DNA of 64,000 bases from a virus (Duplodnaviria > Caudoviricetes): the IMG/VR virus record IMGVR_UViG_3300048861_000079, positions 1-64,000 of that record, one strand, 5' to 3'. Made by a program: the position numbers and the translations under genes. This document shows, piece by piece, positions 16,644 through 25,988 of the stretch (its first letter is position 1; each line of letters starts with the position of its first letter). The notes below the pieces were generated by a model that was not told the DNA's origin, did no database searches, and was given only the letters and a program-made list of their open reading frames with translations.

Positions 16644-16963
16644 GTAACCGCGGCTGGATTGGCGTCGACCTAGACGGCACTCTGTTCACCTATGACACCT
16701 GGCGCGGCATCGACCATGTCGGCGAACCGATCATGCCGATGATCAATCGGGTGAAGCAGTGGCTCGCCGAAGGTAAGGATGTCCGCATCTTCACCGCCCG
16801 CTGCGCCGGCCCGGAAGACTGTCGGCCGGCAATCGAACGCGCCTGCCTCGAGCACATCGGACAAGTCTTGCCGATCACCAACATCAAGGACTTCGGCCTG
16901 ATCGAACTCTGGGACGATCGCGCCGTGCGGGTCGAGTTCAACACGGGTCGGAGGATCCAGTGA
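16640..16963 (+). CDS. HAD-family phosphatase
   Basis: IGVDLDGTL, FTAR, WDDRA. Confidence 0.8.
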   Translation: MSNRGWIGVDLDGTLFTYDTWRGIDHVGEPIMPMINRVKQWLAEGKDVRIFTARCAGPEDCRPAIERACLEHIGQVLPITNIKDFGLIELWDDRAVRVEFNTGRRIQ

Positions 16964-17079
16964 CCGCCATCATTTTGTTCGTTCTCGCTATCGCGTTCGT
17001 CGTTCACTCAGAGATCAAGCATAAGCAGCGTCAGGAAGACGCAGACAAGCGCGAGGGCTCGAGCCGTGAGCATGATTGA
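16960..17079 (+). CDS. Small membrane peptide (39 aa), not in ORF track
   Basis: GTG overlaps the previous stop; hydrophobic N-terminus; TGA at 17077-17079. Confidence 0.45.
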   Translation: MTAIILFVLAIAFVVHSEIKHKQRQEDADKREGSSREHD

Positions 17080-17935
17080 TATCGAGACACTGATCGAGAG
17101 AAACGCGAGCCCTCGCGCTTCTTTCGCGCTCGCGAAGGAGATGTTCGTTGAGCGCGGATCTAAGGACGATTGGGAGCTGCTGCACGATCTGCACTACAAG
17201 GCGGAAGGCCTGCCGATCGGACCTCAGTTCTGGAAGCTGACGCTTCAAGGTCAGACGATCGGCGTGCTGGTCATCGGCCAGCCGAAGGGCATGTTGCGCG
17301 AGCGGCACATCGTCTTTCCGCGCCTGGCGCCCGGCTCCGGCGAGACCAGGCTCACCAACACCAATCGCTACCACTACATCAACGCCAACTTCCGGGTGGT
17401 CTCGCGCTTCGTCATCGACACGATGTATCGCGGCATCGGCGCCGGCTACCGGATGATGAACCTGGTCGCGCGCCTGGATGGACACCAGTTCATCGAAATC
17501 CAGTCTTCGATGTCGAAGTTCAATGCCTTCGGCCAGAAGGCAGGGTTCAAGTTCGTGCGTCCGATGAACGCCAACAAGTTCGAAGCCGGGATGAAGTTCT
17601 TCCGGACCTACTTCAGCGCGAGCCCGCAGGATTTCGAGGCGATCGTCGCCGAGATCGAGGCACATCCGAACAGCGAAGGCCTGATCCAGGCAGCCAAGGA
17701 GTTCTACCAGAAGAATTCGGCGCTGGAGAACACCGGCTCGAGCCGCGACCGGGCAGATGCGCGCGTTGCGGCCATGACGGCACGCGACGTGATCAAGGGC
17801 ATTCAGCAGATGAGCCTGGCGTCTCCGATGTATGGCGTCTGGAAGAACCCGGACCTCGGCCGCACCGATATGCCGGAGCGTCTGCCTCTGACGGCGTTCG
17901 ATCGCCAGGCGCCGACGGCAAGGCTGGTGCTGTAA
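17066..17935 (+). CDS. GNAT (Mom-like) acyltransferase, candidate DNA-modifying enzyme
   Basis: LHY motif; SRFVIDTMYRGIGAG acyl-CoA-binding motif; context with ABC ATPase, ParB and terminase. Confidence 0.7.
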   Translation: MSMIDIETLIERNASPRASFALAKEMFVERGSKDDWELLHDLHYKAEGLPIGPQFWKLTLQGQTIGVLVIGQPKGMLRERHIVFPRLAPGSGETRLTNTNRYHYINANFRVVSRFVIDTMYRGIGAGYRMMNLVARLDGHQFIEIQSSMSKFNAFGQKAGFKFVRPMNANKFEAGMKFFRTYFSASPQDFEAIVAEIEAHPNSEGLIQAAKEFYQKNSALENTGSSRDRADARVAAMTARDVIKGIQQMSLASPMYGVWKNPDLGRTDMPERLPLTAFDRQAPTARLVL

Positions 17936-18198
17936 TGGCAAAGCCACGCCGCACCGAAAAGCAGAAGATCCTGATGGGGCTGATCCTGCGTGCAGCCTCA
18001 GAGGGAAGGTATATGACCCTGAAGGATCTGCACGCGCTTATTCCCTACAAGGCAACCTACGGCGCTGTCCGGATCTCCACCAATTTTCTCGAGAGACAGG
18101 GAATGCTGGTGAAGACCGCGGCCGGACGCTTTGTGCATCTGGTTCCGACCGAGGCAGCCTTTGATTGGTATAGACCTGCACCGGCGCCGGAAGTCTGA
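17935..18198 (+). CDS. Winged-helix DNA-binding protein
   Basis: True start 17935 (MAKPRRTEKQK); TLKDL...YGAVRIS..FLERQGML wHTH pattern. Confidence 0.7.
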   Translation: MAKPRRTEKQKILMGLILRAASEGRYMTLKDLHALIPYKATYGAVRISTNFLERQGMLVKTAAGRFVHLVPTEAAFDWYRPAPAPEV

Positions 18199-18201
18199 AT
18201 T

Positions 18202-18281
18202 CCCGTCCTTTCGTTGTCTTATATTATAATATGTAGTAAGTAAGTGTTTAATTATAAATTATAGACGACATACGGACGGGA
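18202..18281. promoter_or_regulatory. Bipartite inverted-arm site S2 upstream of terS, containing TATAAT and an operator half-site (18236-18250)
   Basis: CCCGTCCTTTCGTTGTCT...AGACGACATACGGACGGG. Confidence 0.6.
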
Positions 18282-18333
18282 ATGCACAAGTCATGAGCGG
18301 ACTCTCCGGCGCCGTCTTAGCACGCCCGGAAAA

Positions 18334-18348
18334 GTAAGCAAATGCTTA
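18334..18348. promoter_or_regulatory. Short operator variant
   Basis: GTAAGCAAATGCTTA. Confidence 0.5.
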
Positions 18349-18361
18349 TCATTGGTGAGAG

Positions 18362-19027
18362 ATGAGTGAAGAAGTAGGCGAAGACAAGACGATGACGGAG
18401 GCTTCCGGAAGCGGGAAGCGCATGTCCGACGCAGACTTCGCTGAAGCACGGGAACTCTACGAGCTCGGAAAGGCCGGGCTTGCGGATCTCGCCGAAACCT
18501 ACAAGATCTCCCGCCAGGCGCTTTCAAAGCGGTTCAAGGACGCCGGCGCCGTTCGTGGCTCGCGTGCTCATGAGGCTGCCGCGGCTGTCAAGGCAGCCGT
18601 CGGATCCGGACCCAGCCCGACGGCTGCTGCCGCGATCGAGCGTTTTGCTGACAAGCGCGCCGACTGGATCGAAGAGACCCGGCTTACCGGCATCAAGCAG
18701 CTCAAGCTCGCCCGTCAGCTCGCTCAGAAGGTCATCCAGGATGCGATCGCGGCCGGCCGCACCGTGTCTGCCGTCGATGATGATCTGAAGGCCGTCCAGC
18801 GCTTCAACAAGATCCTCTGCGACAACCTGCAGAACACGCTCGACATCCTGCGCGCCAATGAACACGTCGATGAGGACGATCTGCCGACGCTGACGCTTGA
18901 AGATCTGACCAACGAAGAGATCCTCCAGCACCACAAGAACACCGGCGCCCTGCCGGAAGACGCTACCCTTGAGGACATGCTCGCCGAGAGCGCACCCGAT
19001 CTCGACATCGAGGAGCTTGATGGCTGA
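18362..19027 (+). CDS. terS: Terminase small subunit
   Basis: N-terminal HTH (LADLAETYKISRQALSKRF); immediately upstream of terL. Confidence 0.75.
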   Translation: MSEEVGEDKTMTEASGSGKRMSDADFAEARELYELGKAGLADLAETYKISRQALSKRFKDAGAVRGSRAHEAAAAVKAAVGSGPSPTAAAAIERFADKRADWIEETRLTGIKQLKLARQLAQKVIQDAIAAGRTVSAVDDDLKAVQRFNKILCDNLQNTLDILRANEHVDEDDLPTLTLEDLTNEEILQHHKNTGALPEDATLEDMLAESAPDLDIEELDG

Positions 19028-20297
19028 GCCCGGCAAGAACCATTCCCTGAAGCTGCACCGCCTGCAGAAGGTGGTCATGGTCGATCCGCACCGCTTTCGA
19101 GTGGTTGTGGCCGGCCGGCGCTGGGGAAAGACCCAGGTATCGAAGATCTCGCTGATCAAGGCGGCCGCGGTAAAGCGCTCGCAGCTGGTTTGGTATGTCG
19201 CGCCGACCTATCAGATGGCGCGTGACATCATGTGGGACGATCTGAAGCTCTCGCTGCCGAAGGCGTGGGTGCGCAAGATCAACGACACCCGCATGACGAT
19301 CTACCTGGTCAACGGCTCCAGGATCCACCTGAAGGGCGCCGACAAGCCGGACTCCCTTCGCGGTGTCGGTCTGCACTTCGTCGTCATCGATGAGGCCCAG
19401 GACATCAAGGAGGAGACCTGGGAAGAAGTCCTTATGCCGACGCTCGCCACGACGAACGGTAAGGCGATCTTTATCGGCACGCCGAAGTCCTACAATTGGC
19501 TCTACCACCGCTACATGCTCGGTCAGCGCGGCAATAAGGTGAAGGATCACCGCGGCCGCCTGGTCGACAACGAGTGGATGAGCTGGCAGTTTCCGACCAT
19601 CTCCTCGCCGTTCATTCCGCGCAAGGAAATCGAAGCGCGCCGGCGCGACATGGATCCTCGTTCCTTCCGCCAGGAGTTCGAGGCCTCTTTCGAGACCATG
19701 TCCGGCCGCGTCTACTATCCGTTCGACCGCAATGAGCACGTCGGCGATTATCCGTTCGACCCGAAGCTGCCGATCTACATCGGCATGGACTTCAACATCG
19801 ATCCGATGAGCTGCATCATCATCCAGGAGCGCCCGAATGGCGAGATCTGGGTGGTCGATGAGGCCGTGCTCTATGGCTCCAATACCCAGGAGGCGGCCGA
19901 CGAGCTCTCCAGGCGCTATTGGCGCTATTTCAACCAGATCGCGGTCTATCCGGACCCGGCCGGCGACAACCGCAACAACGGCCGCGGCGAAACGAACCTC
20001 GAGATCATGCGCGAAAGTGGCTTCAAGCGGATCTATTTCAAGCGCAAGCATCCGGCCGTCCAGGACCGCGTCAACGCCGTCAACCGCCTTCTACGCACCG
20101 CCGAGGGTGAGATCCGCCTGAAGGTCGATCGCAAGTGCCGCAAGTTCATCGATAGCCTCGAGCAGACCATCTACAAGGAGGGCTCGCGCGAGGTCGACAA
20201 GAAGATGGGCGTCGAGCACGCGACGGACGCCTTCGGCTATTACGCAGATTTCCGACACCCGATGAAGAAGGTCAATCTTCTGGGCGTCTCGATTTAG
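19020..20297 (+). CDS. terL: Terminase large subunit
   Basis: AGRRWGKT, VIDEA, GTP, GMDFN, DAFGY motifs; likely start ATG 19020. Confidence 0.95.
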   Translation: MAEPGKNHSLKLHRLQKVVMVDPHRFRVVVAGRRWGKTQVSKISLIKAAAVKRSQLVWYVAPTYQMARDIMWDDLKLSLPKAWVRKINDTRMTIYLVNGSRIHLKGADKPDSLRGVGLHFVVIDEAQDIKEETWEEVLMPTLATTNGKAIFIGTPKSYNWLYHRYMLGQRGNKVKDHRGRLVDNEWMSWQFPTISSPFIPRKEIEARRRDMDPRSFRQEFEASFETMSGRVYYPFDRNEHVGDYPFDPKLPIYIGMDFNIDPMSCIIIQERPNGEIWVVDEAVLYGSNTQEAADELSRRYWRYFNQIAVYPDPAGDNRNNGRGETNLEIMRESGFKRIYFKRKHPAVQDRVNAVNRLLRTAEGEIRLKVDRKCRKFIDSLEQTIYKEGSREVDKKMGVEHATDAFGYYADFRHPMKKVNLLGVSI

Positions 20298-20299
20298 GC

Positions 20300-20328
20300 T
20301 TGATTGTAAGTAAGCACTTACTTACAAT
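20300..20328 (+). promoter_or_regulatory. Promoter TTGATT-17-TACAAT with operator filling the spacer
   Basis: ATTGTAAGTAAG-CA-CTTACTTACAAT, perfect 12-bp arms. Confidence 0.85.
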
Positions 20329-20352
20329 GCGGCCTCTTGCAAGGAACAATAC

Positions 20353-22023
20353 ATGCCCGTGATTTCGGAAAACGACGAACTGAGGAGCTTCTACGATCGG
20401 CGACACCCGGCGTATGCGGAGCTTATCTCTCATTGGCGTTTCCTGGATGCCGCCTACCGCGGCGGCCGCAGCTGGTTCGACACGAACATCTTCCGCTATT
20501 TCAAGGAAGGCGAGAACGAATTCAGGGAGCGCCTTGAGCGCGCCTACCGCTTCAACCACACGCGCGAAGTGATCGAGCTTGTCCAGAAGTATCTGTTCAA
20601 GGGCGAGATCACCCGAAATACCGACGACGCCTCCGATATCGTCAAGAAGTTCTGGAAGAAGACGATGCGTGGCGGCGCCAATATCGATGCGCTGATGCGC
20701 ATGGTGTCGGTGAGCAACTCGACCGGCGGTCGCGTGGCGCTCGTGGTCGACAACAACTTCCAGGCCACTGTCGAAGTGTCTGCAGGTGACGGCGCGACCA
20801 AGCCGCGCCCGGTCTCGATCGCGGAGGCCAAGGCACAGAATTACCAGATCTACGCCTACACCGTGCCGGTCAAGGATATCCTCGACTATGCCTTTGACGA
20901 GGATGGCGACGGCGAGCTCCTGTGGATCAAGCTGCGTGAGATCGTTCGTGACGACGCTGACCCGATCACGTCGACCGGCGAGCTGCGCGAGCGCGTGCGT
21001 CTTTGGACCCGCAACGATTGGTCCCTGTTCGAAGAGGTCAATGTCGACGGCTACTGGATCCGCGACGGCCGCCGCGTGCCCAAGACCAAGATCGTTCTGC
21101 AGGACTCCGGCACGCACGATCTCGGCTTTGTCCCGGTTTACCTCGCCGACCACACCATTTCCGAGGATCCGTATCGGCCGACCGGCCTGATCGATGATAT
21201 CGCCTATCTCGACCGCGCGATCGCCAACTATCTCTCGAACCTGGACGCCATCATCCAGGACCAGACCTTCTCGCAGCTGGCGATCCCGAGCCAAAACCTG
21301 CAGGAAGGCGATGACGCGTTCAACAAGGTGCTCGAGATGGGCACCAAGCGGATCTTTACCTACGACGCGGGGCAGGGGTCTTCGGCAAAGCCGGAATACC
21401 TGTCTCCCGATCCGAAGCAGGCCGGCGTGATCCTGTCGGTGATCAACAAGATCATCAATGAGATCTACAACACCGTCGGCCTGGCGGGTGAGCGCACCAA
21501 GGAAGACAATGCCGTCGGCATCGACAATTCCTCGGGTGTCGCCAAGGCATACGATTTCGAGCGGGTGAACTCGCTGCTCCTGGCAAAGGCGCAGTCCTGT
21601 CAGAACGCCGAAAACTGGATGGTCAAGACTGTCCTTGCATGGGCCGGCGAAGCCGAGCCTGCCGACGACCTGGTTACCTATCCGTCCACGTTCGACATCA
21701 TGGGTCTGAACGATGAGCTTGTTACCGCCGAGGCACTGGCGAAGCTCACCGCTCCGATCGAGGTGCGCCGTGAGCAGATGCGCAACACGGTCGACAAGAT
21801 CTTCCCGCAGCTGAAGAGCGAACTGCGCAAGAAGCTGATGGACGATATCGACAAGTGGCTGGAGGGCACTGATCAGCTTCTCCTGCCGACCACCTTCGGA
21901 GGCGCGGGCAAGCCCGCCGGCGCCACCTCGAGCGCCAAGCCCGCAGCCGCACCCAATCGGCAGGGTGAAGTGACCGCCAAGACGCCCTCTAAGCCTGCAA
22001 CCACCAAGGCAGCAGCCAAGTAA
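20353..22023 (+). CDS. Portal protein
   Basis: Position after terL; 556 aa; SGVAK motif. Confidence 0.85.
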   Translation: MPVISENDELRSFYDRRHPAYAELISHWRFLDAAYRGGRSWFDTNIFRYFKEGENEFRERLERAYRFNHTREVIELVQKYLFKGEITRNTDDASDIVKKFWKKTMRGGANIDALMRMVSVSNSTGGRVALVVDNNFQATVEVSAGDGATKPRPVSIAEAKAQNYQIYAYTVPVKDILDYAFDEDGDGELLWIKLREIVRDDADPITSTGELRERVRLWTRNDWSLFEEVNVDGYWIRDGRRVPKTKIVLQDSGTHDLGFVPVYLADHTISEDPYRPTGLIDDIAYLDRAIANYLSNLDAIIQDQTFSQLAIPSQNLQEGDDAFNKVLEMGTKRIFTYDAGQGSSAKPEYLSPDPKQAGVILSVINKIINEIYNTVGLAGERTKEDNAVGIDNSSGVAKAYDFERVNSLLLAKAQSCQNAENWMVKTVLAWAGEAEPADDLVTYPSTFDIMGLNDELVTAEALAKLTAPIEVRREQMRNTVDKIFPQLKSELRKKLMDDIDKWLEGTDQLLLPTTFGGAGKPAGATSSAKPAAAPNRQGEVTAKTPSKPATTKAAAK

Positions 22024-22117
22024 CCGGCCGCGCCTGACACTGATCGGCTCGAGATACTGAGCCACCCAGACTACGCCTACCCGCAACGCCCGAGAAAATG
22101 GGCAAAGGAGAGACTGA

Positions 22118-23071
22118 ATGAAGACCGCAATCGCAACCGCTGGCGCAATTCGTGCATCCTCGATGATGTATCCGGGCGCCCCGCAGATCATGTTCGCACC
22201 GGAAGACGGCAGTGGCACCGGAGCAGGTGACGCCGACGCAACCGCTGCCGCAGCTGCTCAGGCCGCCGTGGACAAGCACGCGCAGGAATCTGCCGCTGCT
22301 GAAGCCGCAGCCGTCGCTGCTGCCAAGGAACTGCAGGACGCTGAAGATGCCGCTGCCGCGGCCGCTGAAGCCGGCAAGGATCCGAAGACGCTCGCTGACG
22401 AGAAGGTCAAGCTTCTGCGCGAGGTCATGGACAAGAAGAACAAGCTGAAGGAAGCCCAGGCCCTGGCGACGACCGCCCAGGAGGCCCTGAAGGCATTCGA
22501 CGGCATCGACGTTGCCAAGTATCACGAGCTGGTCAAGAAGGAAAAGGACGCCGAGACGGCGGCCGCCGAGGCCCGTGGTGATTTCGAGTCCGTCAAGAAG
22601 GCGATGGCCGAAGAGCACGGCAAGGAGAAGAAGACCCTCGAGGAGCGCATCGCCGAGCTGGAAGGCAAGATCTCAGACAAGGACAAGACGATCGACACGC
22701 TGACGATCGGCAACGACTTCGGCTCCTCGACCTTCATCAAGGACTCGCTCACGCTGACGCCGGCCAAGGCCCGCCAGCTCTACGGCGATCACTTCGAAGT
22801 CAAGGATGGCAAGACCGTGGCTTACGACAAGCCGAAGTCCGCAGCCAGCCGACAGCCGATGGTCGACGCTTCCGGAAATCCGCTCGTGTTCGATGAAGCC
22901 TTCAAGCGCATCATCGAGGCCGATCCGGACAAGGAGACGATGCTCAAGGCCAAGGTCTCTCCGGGTGCTCAGTCGAAGACGACGCCTGCCGCGGCCGCCG
23001 AGCGCAAGCCCGCAACGCAGGGTCTCTCCGGCGTAGATCGCATCCGGGCCTCCTTCGAAAAGAGCGCATAA
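22118..23071 (+). CDS. Capsid scaffolding protein
   Basis: Ala/Glu/Lys coiled coil upstream of the capsid gene. Confidence 0.75.
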   Translation: MKTAIATAGAIRASSMMYPGAPQIMFAPEDGSGTGAGDADATAAAAAQAAVDKHAQESAAAEAAAVAAAKELQDAEDAAAAAAEAGKDPKTLADEKVKLLREVMDKKNKLKEAQALATTAQEALKAFDGIDVAKYHELVKKEKDAETAAAEARGDFESVKKAMAEEHGKEKKTLEERIAELEGKISDKDKTIDTLTIGNDFGSSTFIKDSLTLTPAKARQLYGDHFEVKDGKTVAYDKPKSAASRQPMVDASGNPLVFDEAFKRIIEADPDKETMLKAKVSPGAQSKTTPAAAAERKPATQGLSGVDRIRASFEKSA

Positions 23072-23091
23072 GAAACCCTTATAGCAAAAAT

Positions 23092-23163
23092 GTAAGCGGA
23101 TGCTTACTTTTTTACTTGCAAATTCGCCTGCCGTTGGACTATTGTAAGTAAGTGCTTACTTAC
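23092..23163 (+). promoter_or_regulatory. Capsid promoter TTGCAA-18-TATTGT with short operator (23092-23107) and full operator (23144-23163)
   Basis: GTAAGCGGATGCTTAC and GTAAGTAAGTGCTTACTTAC. Confidence 0.8.
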
Positions 23164-23212
23164 GTGGTCCATGGCGGGCTACGTGCATTTCTAAACCAAG
23201 GAGACTACACGT

Positions 23213-24112
23213 ATGCCGCTTCTGATGACCGAAGCCGCAAAGCTGGCTGAAGACGATCGCCAGCGCGGCATTATCGAGGAGCTCCTCGACAAGGACGAAT
23301 TTTTCGCCCTCGTGCCTTTCGTAAAGGCCAAGGACGACACGTTCAGCTACACCCGCGAGCTCACCCTGCCGTCTGCTGGCTGGATCGATCCTTACGATGA
23401 TATCGAAGAATCGACTGGCGAGGTCGAGAACGTCTCGACCAAGATCAAGATCATGGCTGGTCAGTTCGATATCGCCAACTTCATCTCCGAAGTTAAGTCG
23501 GACATGTATGATCAGATCGCCGTCCAGGCGAAGTTCAAGATCAAGGCTGTCGGCCGCGACTTCAAGAACGTCCTGATCAACGGTGACGCTGACGCCAACC
23601 CGAAGACTTTCGACGGCCTGCGCAAGCTTGTTGTTGCTGAACGGACCCTGTCCGCTGGCGCAAACGGCGCTGCTCTGTCCTACTCCATGCTCGATGAGCT
23701 CAAGGATGCTGTTCCGCTCGGCGCAGACTTCCTGATGATGCGTTCCGAGACCTGGCGCGTTATCCGCGAACTGAACCGTCTCCATGGCGGCAACACCGCG
23801 GAAATGATGATGGTTGAGAACTTCGGCGCCCCGATGCGTTTCTACGACGGCACGCCGGTTATCATCAACGACTACATCGAAAAGACCGAAACCCAGGGCA
23901 CGAACGTCGAGACGACCTCGATCTACGCTGTTCGCGCCAACGAAGTCGACGGCTTCCACGGCCTCTGGGCTGGCGATGCTGCCGGTGTCCGTCTGGAAGA
24001 AGTCGGCCTGAACTACAACAAGGACTCCAAGCGCTGGCGCGTCAAGTGGTATACGGGCGCTGCCCTTCGTGCCACCCATGCCGTTGCCCGCCTCAAGGGT
24101 ATTCAGATCTAA
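23213..24112 (+). CDS. Major capsid protein (HK97 fold)
   Basis: Position; LINGD...FDGL and G.PV..ND motifs; strongly optimised codons. Confidence 0.9.
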   Translation: MPLLMTEAAKLAEDDRQRGIIEELLDKDEFFALVPFVKAKDDTFSYTRELTLPSAGWIDPYDDIEESTGEVENVSTKIKIMAGQFDIANFISEVKSDMYDQIAVQAKFKIKAVGRDFKNVLINGDADANPKTFDGLRKLVVAERTLSAGANGAALSYSMLDELKDAVPLGADFLMMRSETWRVIRELNRLHGGNTAEMMMVENFGAPMRFYDGTPVIINDYIEKTETQGTNVETTSIYAVRANEVDGFHGLWAGDAAGVRLEEVGLNYNKDSKRWRVKWYTGAALRATHAVARLKGIQI

Positions 24113-24116
24113 TCTT

Positions 24117-24136
24117 GTAAGTAAACACTTACTTAC
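24117..24136. promoter_or_regulatory. Operator within promoter TTGTAA-17-TATAGT
   Basis: GTAAGTAAACACTTACTTAC. Confidence 0.8.
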
Positions 24137-24142
24137 GTATAG

Positions 24143-24168
24143 TGGGCGGGAGCAATCCCGCCCATTTT
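24143..24168 (+). terminator. Terminator after the capsid gene
   Basis: TGGGCGGGA-gcaa-TCCCGCCCA-TTTT. Confidence 0.8.
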
Positions 24169-24185
24169 GCATTTCGGAGCTATCG

Positions 24186-24434
24186 ATGACCAATCTCAAG
24201 CTTACCAAGTCCTCCCTCGTAGGGTTTACCGGCCGTCTTCTCGACGCGGAATTTGTCGATGGCGTCAGCCAGGGCATTTCCCAGGCGAACGCCGACACGA
24301 TCGCGGCCGCCGTCGGTGGTGTGCTGGTTGACGACGAAGGCAAGGAGATCGGCCCTGCCGGCATCTTCTACCGCCGCCCGGACAAGTCTGAGCCTGCCCC
24401 TGCTGTAACGGAAGAAACCCCTGCCGCCGAGTAA
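24186..24434 (+). CDS. Putative virion/head protein, related to the next ORF's N-terminus
   Basis: LK......GFTG......F.DGVS motif; GGAG SD before ATG 24186. Confidence 0.7.
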   Translation: MTNLKLTKSSLVGFTGRLLDAEFVDGVSQGISQANADTIAAAVGGVLVDDEGKEIGPAGIFYRRPDKSEPAPAVTEETPAAE

Positions 24435-24446
24435 GGAGCAGTCCAT

Positions 24447-25166
24447 ATGGAACTCATGTATCTGAAGGTCGCGACGTCGCGGATGGCCGGCTACACCGGC
24501 GTCCTCGGCCCCGTTCGCTTCAAGGATGGTGTCTCGGAAGAGATGCTGCCTCGCCATATCCGCGACCGTATGGCCGCCTCGATGGAATTCCTCGAGATCG
24601 ATGAGGATGGCAACGAACAGCATGCCGGCGCCCAGCACCGCCTGATCCGCGAATACAAGGAGCGCGCCCCGAAGGTCGCCTCCCTCGCGCGCCAGACCGA
24701 CACCGAGAAGGCAGCTGAAATCGCATCCAACGTGGTCATCTCCGCCAAGGATCCTGTCCTTGTTACCCGCGACGGTCTCGAAAAGATCGCCGAGGAGAAG
24801 GGCATCAAGGGTCTGCGCGAGGTCGGCAACAAGTGGGGCGTCAAGCACAGGGCGATCCCCACGCTGATCGAGATGATCCTCGATGCGCAGGAAAAGTCTG
24901 TCGCAGCCCGCGACAAGAAGCGCACCGAGAAGGCCCAGGCGGAGGCAGACAAGCTCAGCCGCAAGTCTCCGGCCGCAACGATCCAGCTGGAAGGCGATGT
25001 CGATCCGGAAGACGAGCCGAAGATCGTCCGGGCTGTCGTCAAGCAGGTGGAGCCGGAAGACGTGGCGGTCTCCGAAAAGACCTCGACCGCGGCTGCCGCC
25101 CTCAATGCCAAGCTCAAGGCCGCGGCCGCCACCGGCAACCTCGCAGCCGCGATCACCCAGGAGTAA
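24447..25166 (+). CDS. Putative virion/head protein
   Basis: LK......GYTG......F.DGVS motif; head gene cluster. Confidence 0.75.
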   Translation: MELMYLKVATSRMAGYTGVLGPVRFKDGVSEEMLPRHIRDRMAASMEFLEIDEDGNEQHAGAQHRLIREYKERAPKVASLARQTDTEKAAEIASNVVISAKDPVLVTRDGLEKIAEEKGIKGLREVGNKWGVKHRAIPTLIEMILDAQEKSVAARDKKRTEKAQAEADKLSRKSPAATIQLEGDVDPEDEPKIVRAVVKQVEPEDVAVSEKTSTAAAALNAKLKAAAATGNLAAAITQE

Positions 25167-25169
25167 TCC

Positions 25170-25988
25170 ATGAACTTCTATCCCGAGGGCTATACCGTCG
25201 AGCTCGTCGTCGCCTTTACCGATCTGAATGGAGCGGCCGTCACCCCGACGGTTGTCAACGCCACTCTGACCGATGGCGAAGACGCCGTGCTTGCCAATTT
25301 CGACAACATCGTGATCGAAGACGGCGCAGCGTCGGCGACGGTCACTGTGCCCTCGGGATATAATCTGCTGGACGATGGCGAGCTGCGCGCCGCGAGGATC
25401 CTGCATGTCGAGCTGGTCACGGCCGCCGGCTCCATCAAGCGCTCGCTGTCCTATGTGGTCGAGTCCGAGCAGCGCCTCGAGATCATGACCAACACCTTTC
25501 AGACCTACGAGGCCGCCGAGATCCAGGCGCTCGATATTCCGAACATCTCCGGCTGGAGCAGCGCATCCGAGGATCAGCGCAAGGCTGCTCTGGTCGAGGC
25601 CTACCGCCGGCTGACCAATATTCCGATGAAGTTTCCGACCTATGGCGCCCAGAGGAATTGGGACGGTTTCAACAAGCTGATCGACCGCGACCTCGAATGC
25701 GAAACCATCATCACGCGCGAAGGCTGGAATGAGGTGACGCCGGACCTCTATTCCTCCTTCCCGAGCGGCTTCAAGAAGGCGCTGCGCCGGGCTCAGTTTC
25801 TCGAGGCAAACGAACTGCTGCAGGGCGATAGCGTCGGCGCCAAGCACCGCGCCGGCATCGTCACGGAAACGATCGGCGAAAGCTCGGTTACCCTGCGCGC
25901 CGGTCGCATCGACTTTGGTGTCGCCTCGCAGACCCTCCAGGCGCTCACCGGCTACATCTATTTCAACATGAGGATCAAGCGCGCGTGA
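25170..25988 (+). CDS. Putative head-tail adaptor
   Basis: Synteny; C-terminal ETIGESSVT motif. Confidence 0.65.
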   Translation: MNFYPEGYTVELVVAFTDLNGAAVTPTVVNATLTDGEDAVLANFDNIVIEDGAASATVTVPSGYNLLDDGELRAARILHVELVTAAGSIKRSLSYVVESEQRLEIMTNTFQTYEAAEIQALDIPNISGWSSASEDQRKAALVEAYRRLTNIPMKFPTYGAQRNWDGFNKLIDRDLECETIITREGWNEVTPDLYSSFPSGFKKALRRAQFLEANELLQGDSVGAKHRAGIVTETIGESSVTLRAGRIDFGVASQTLQALTGYIYFNMRIKRA

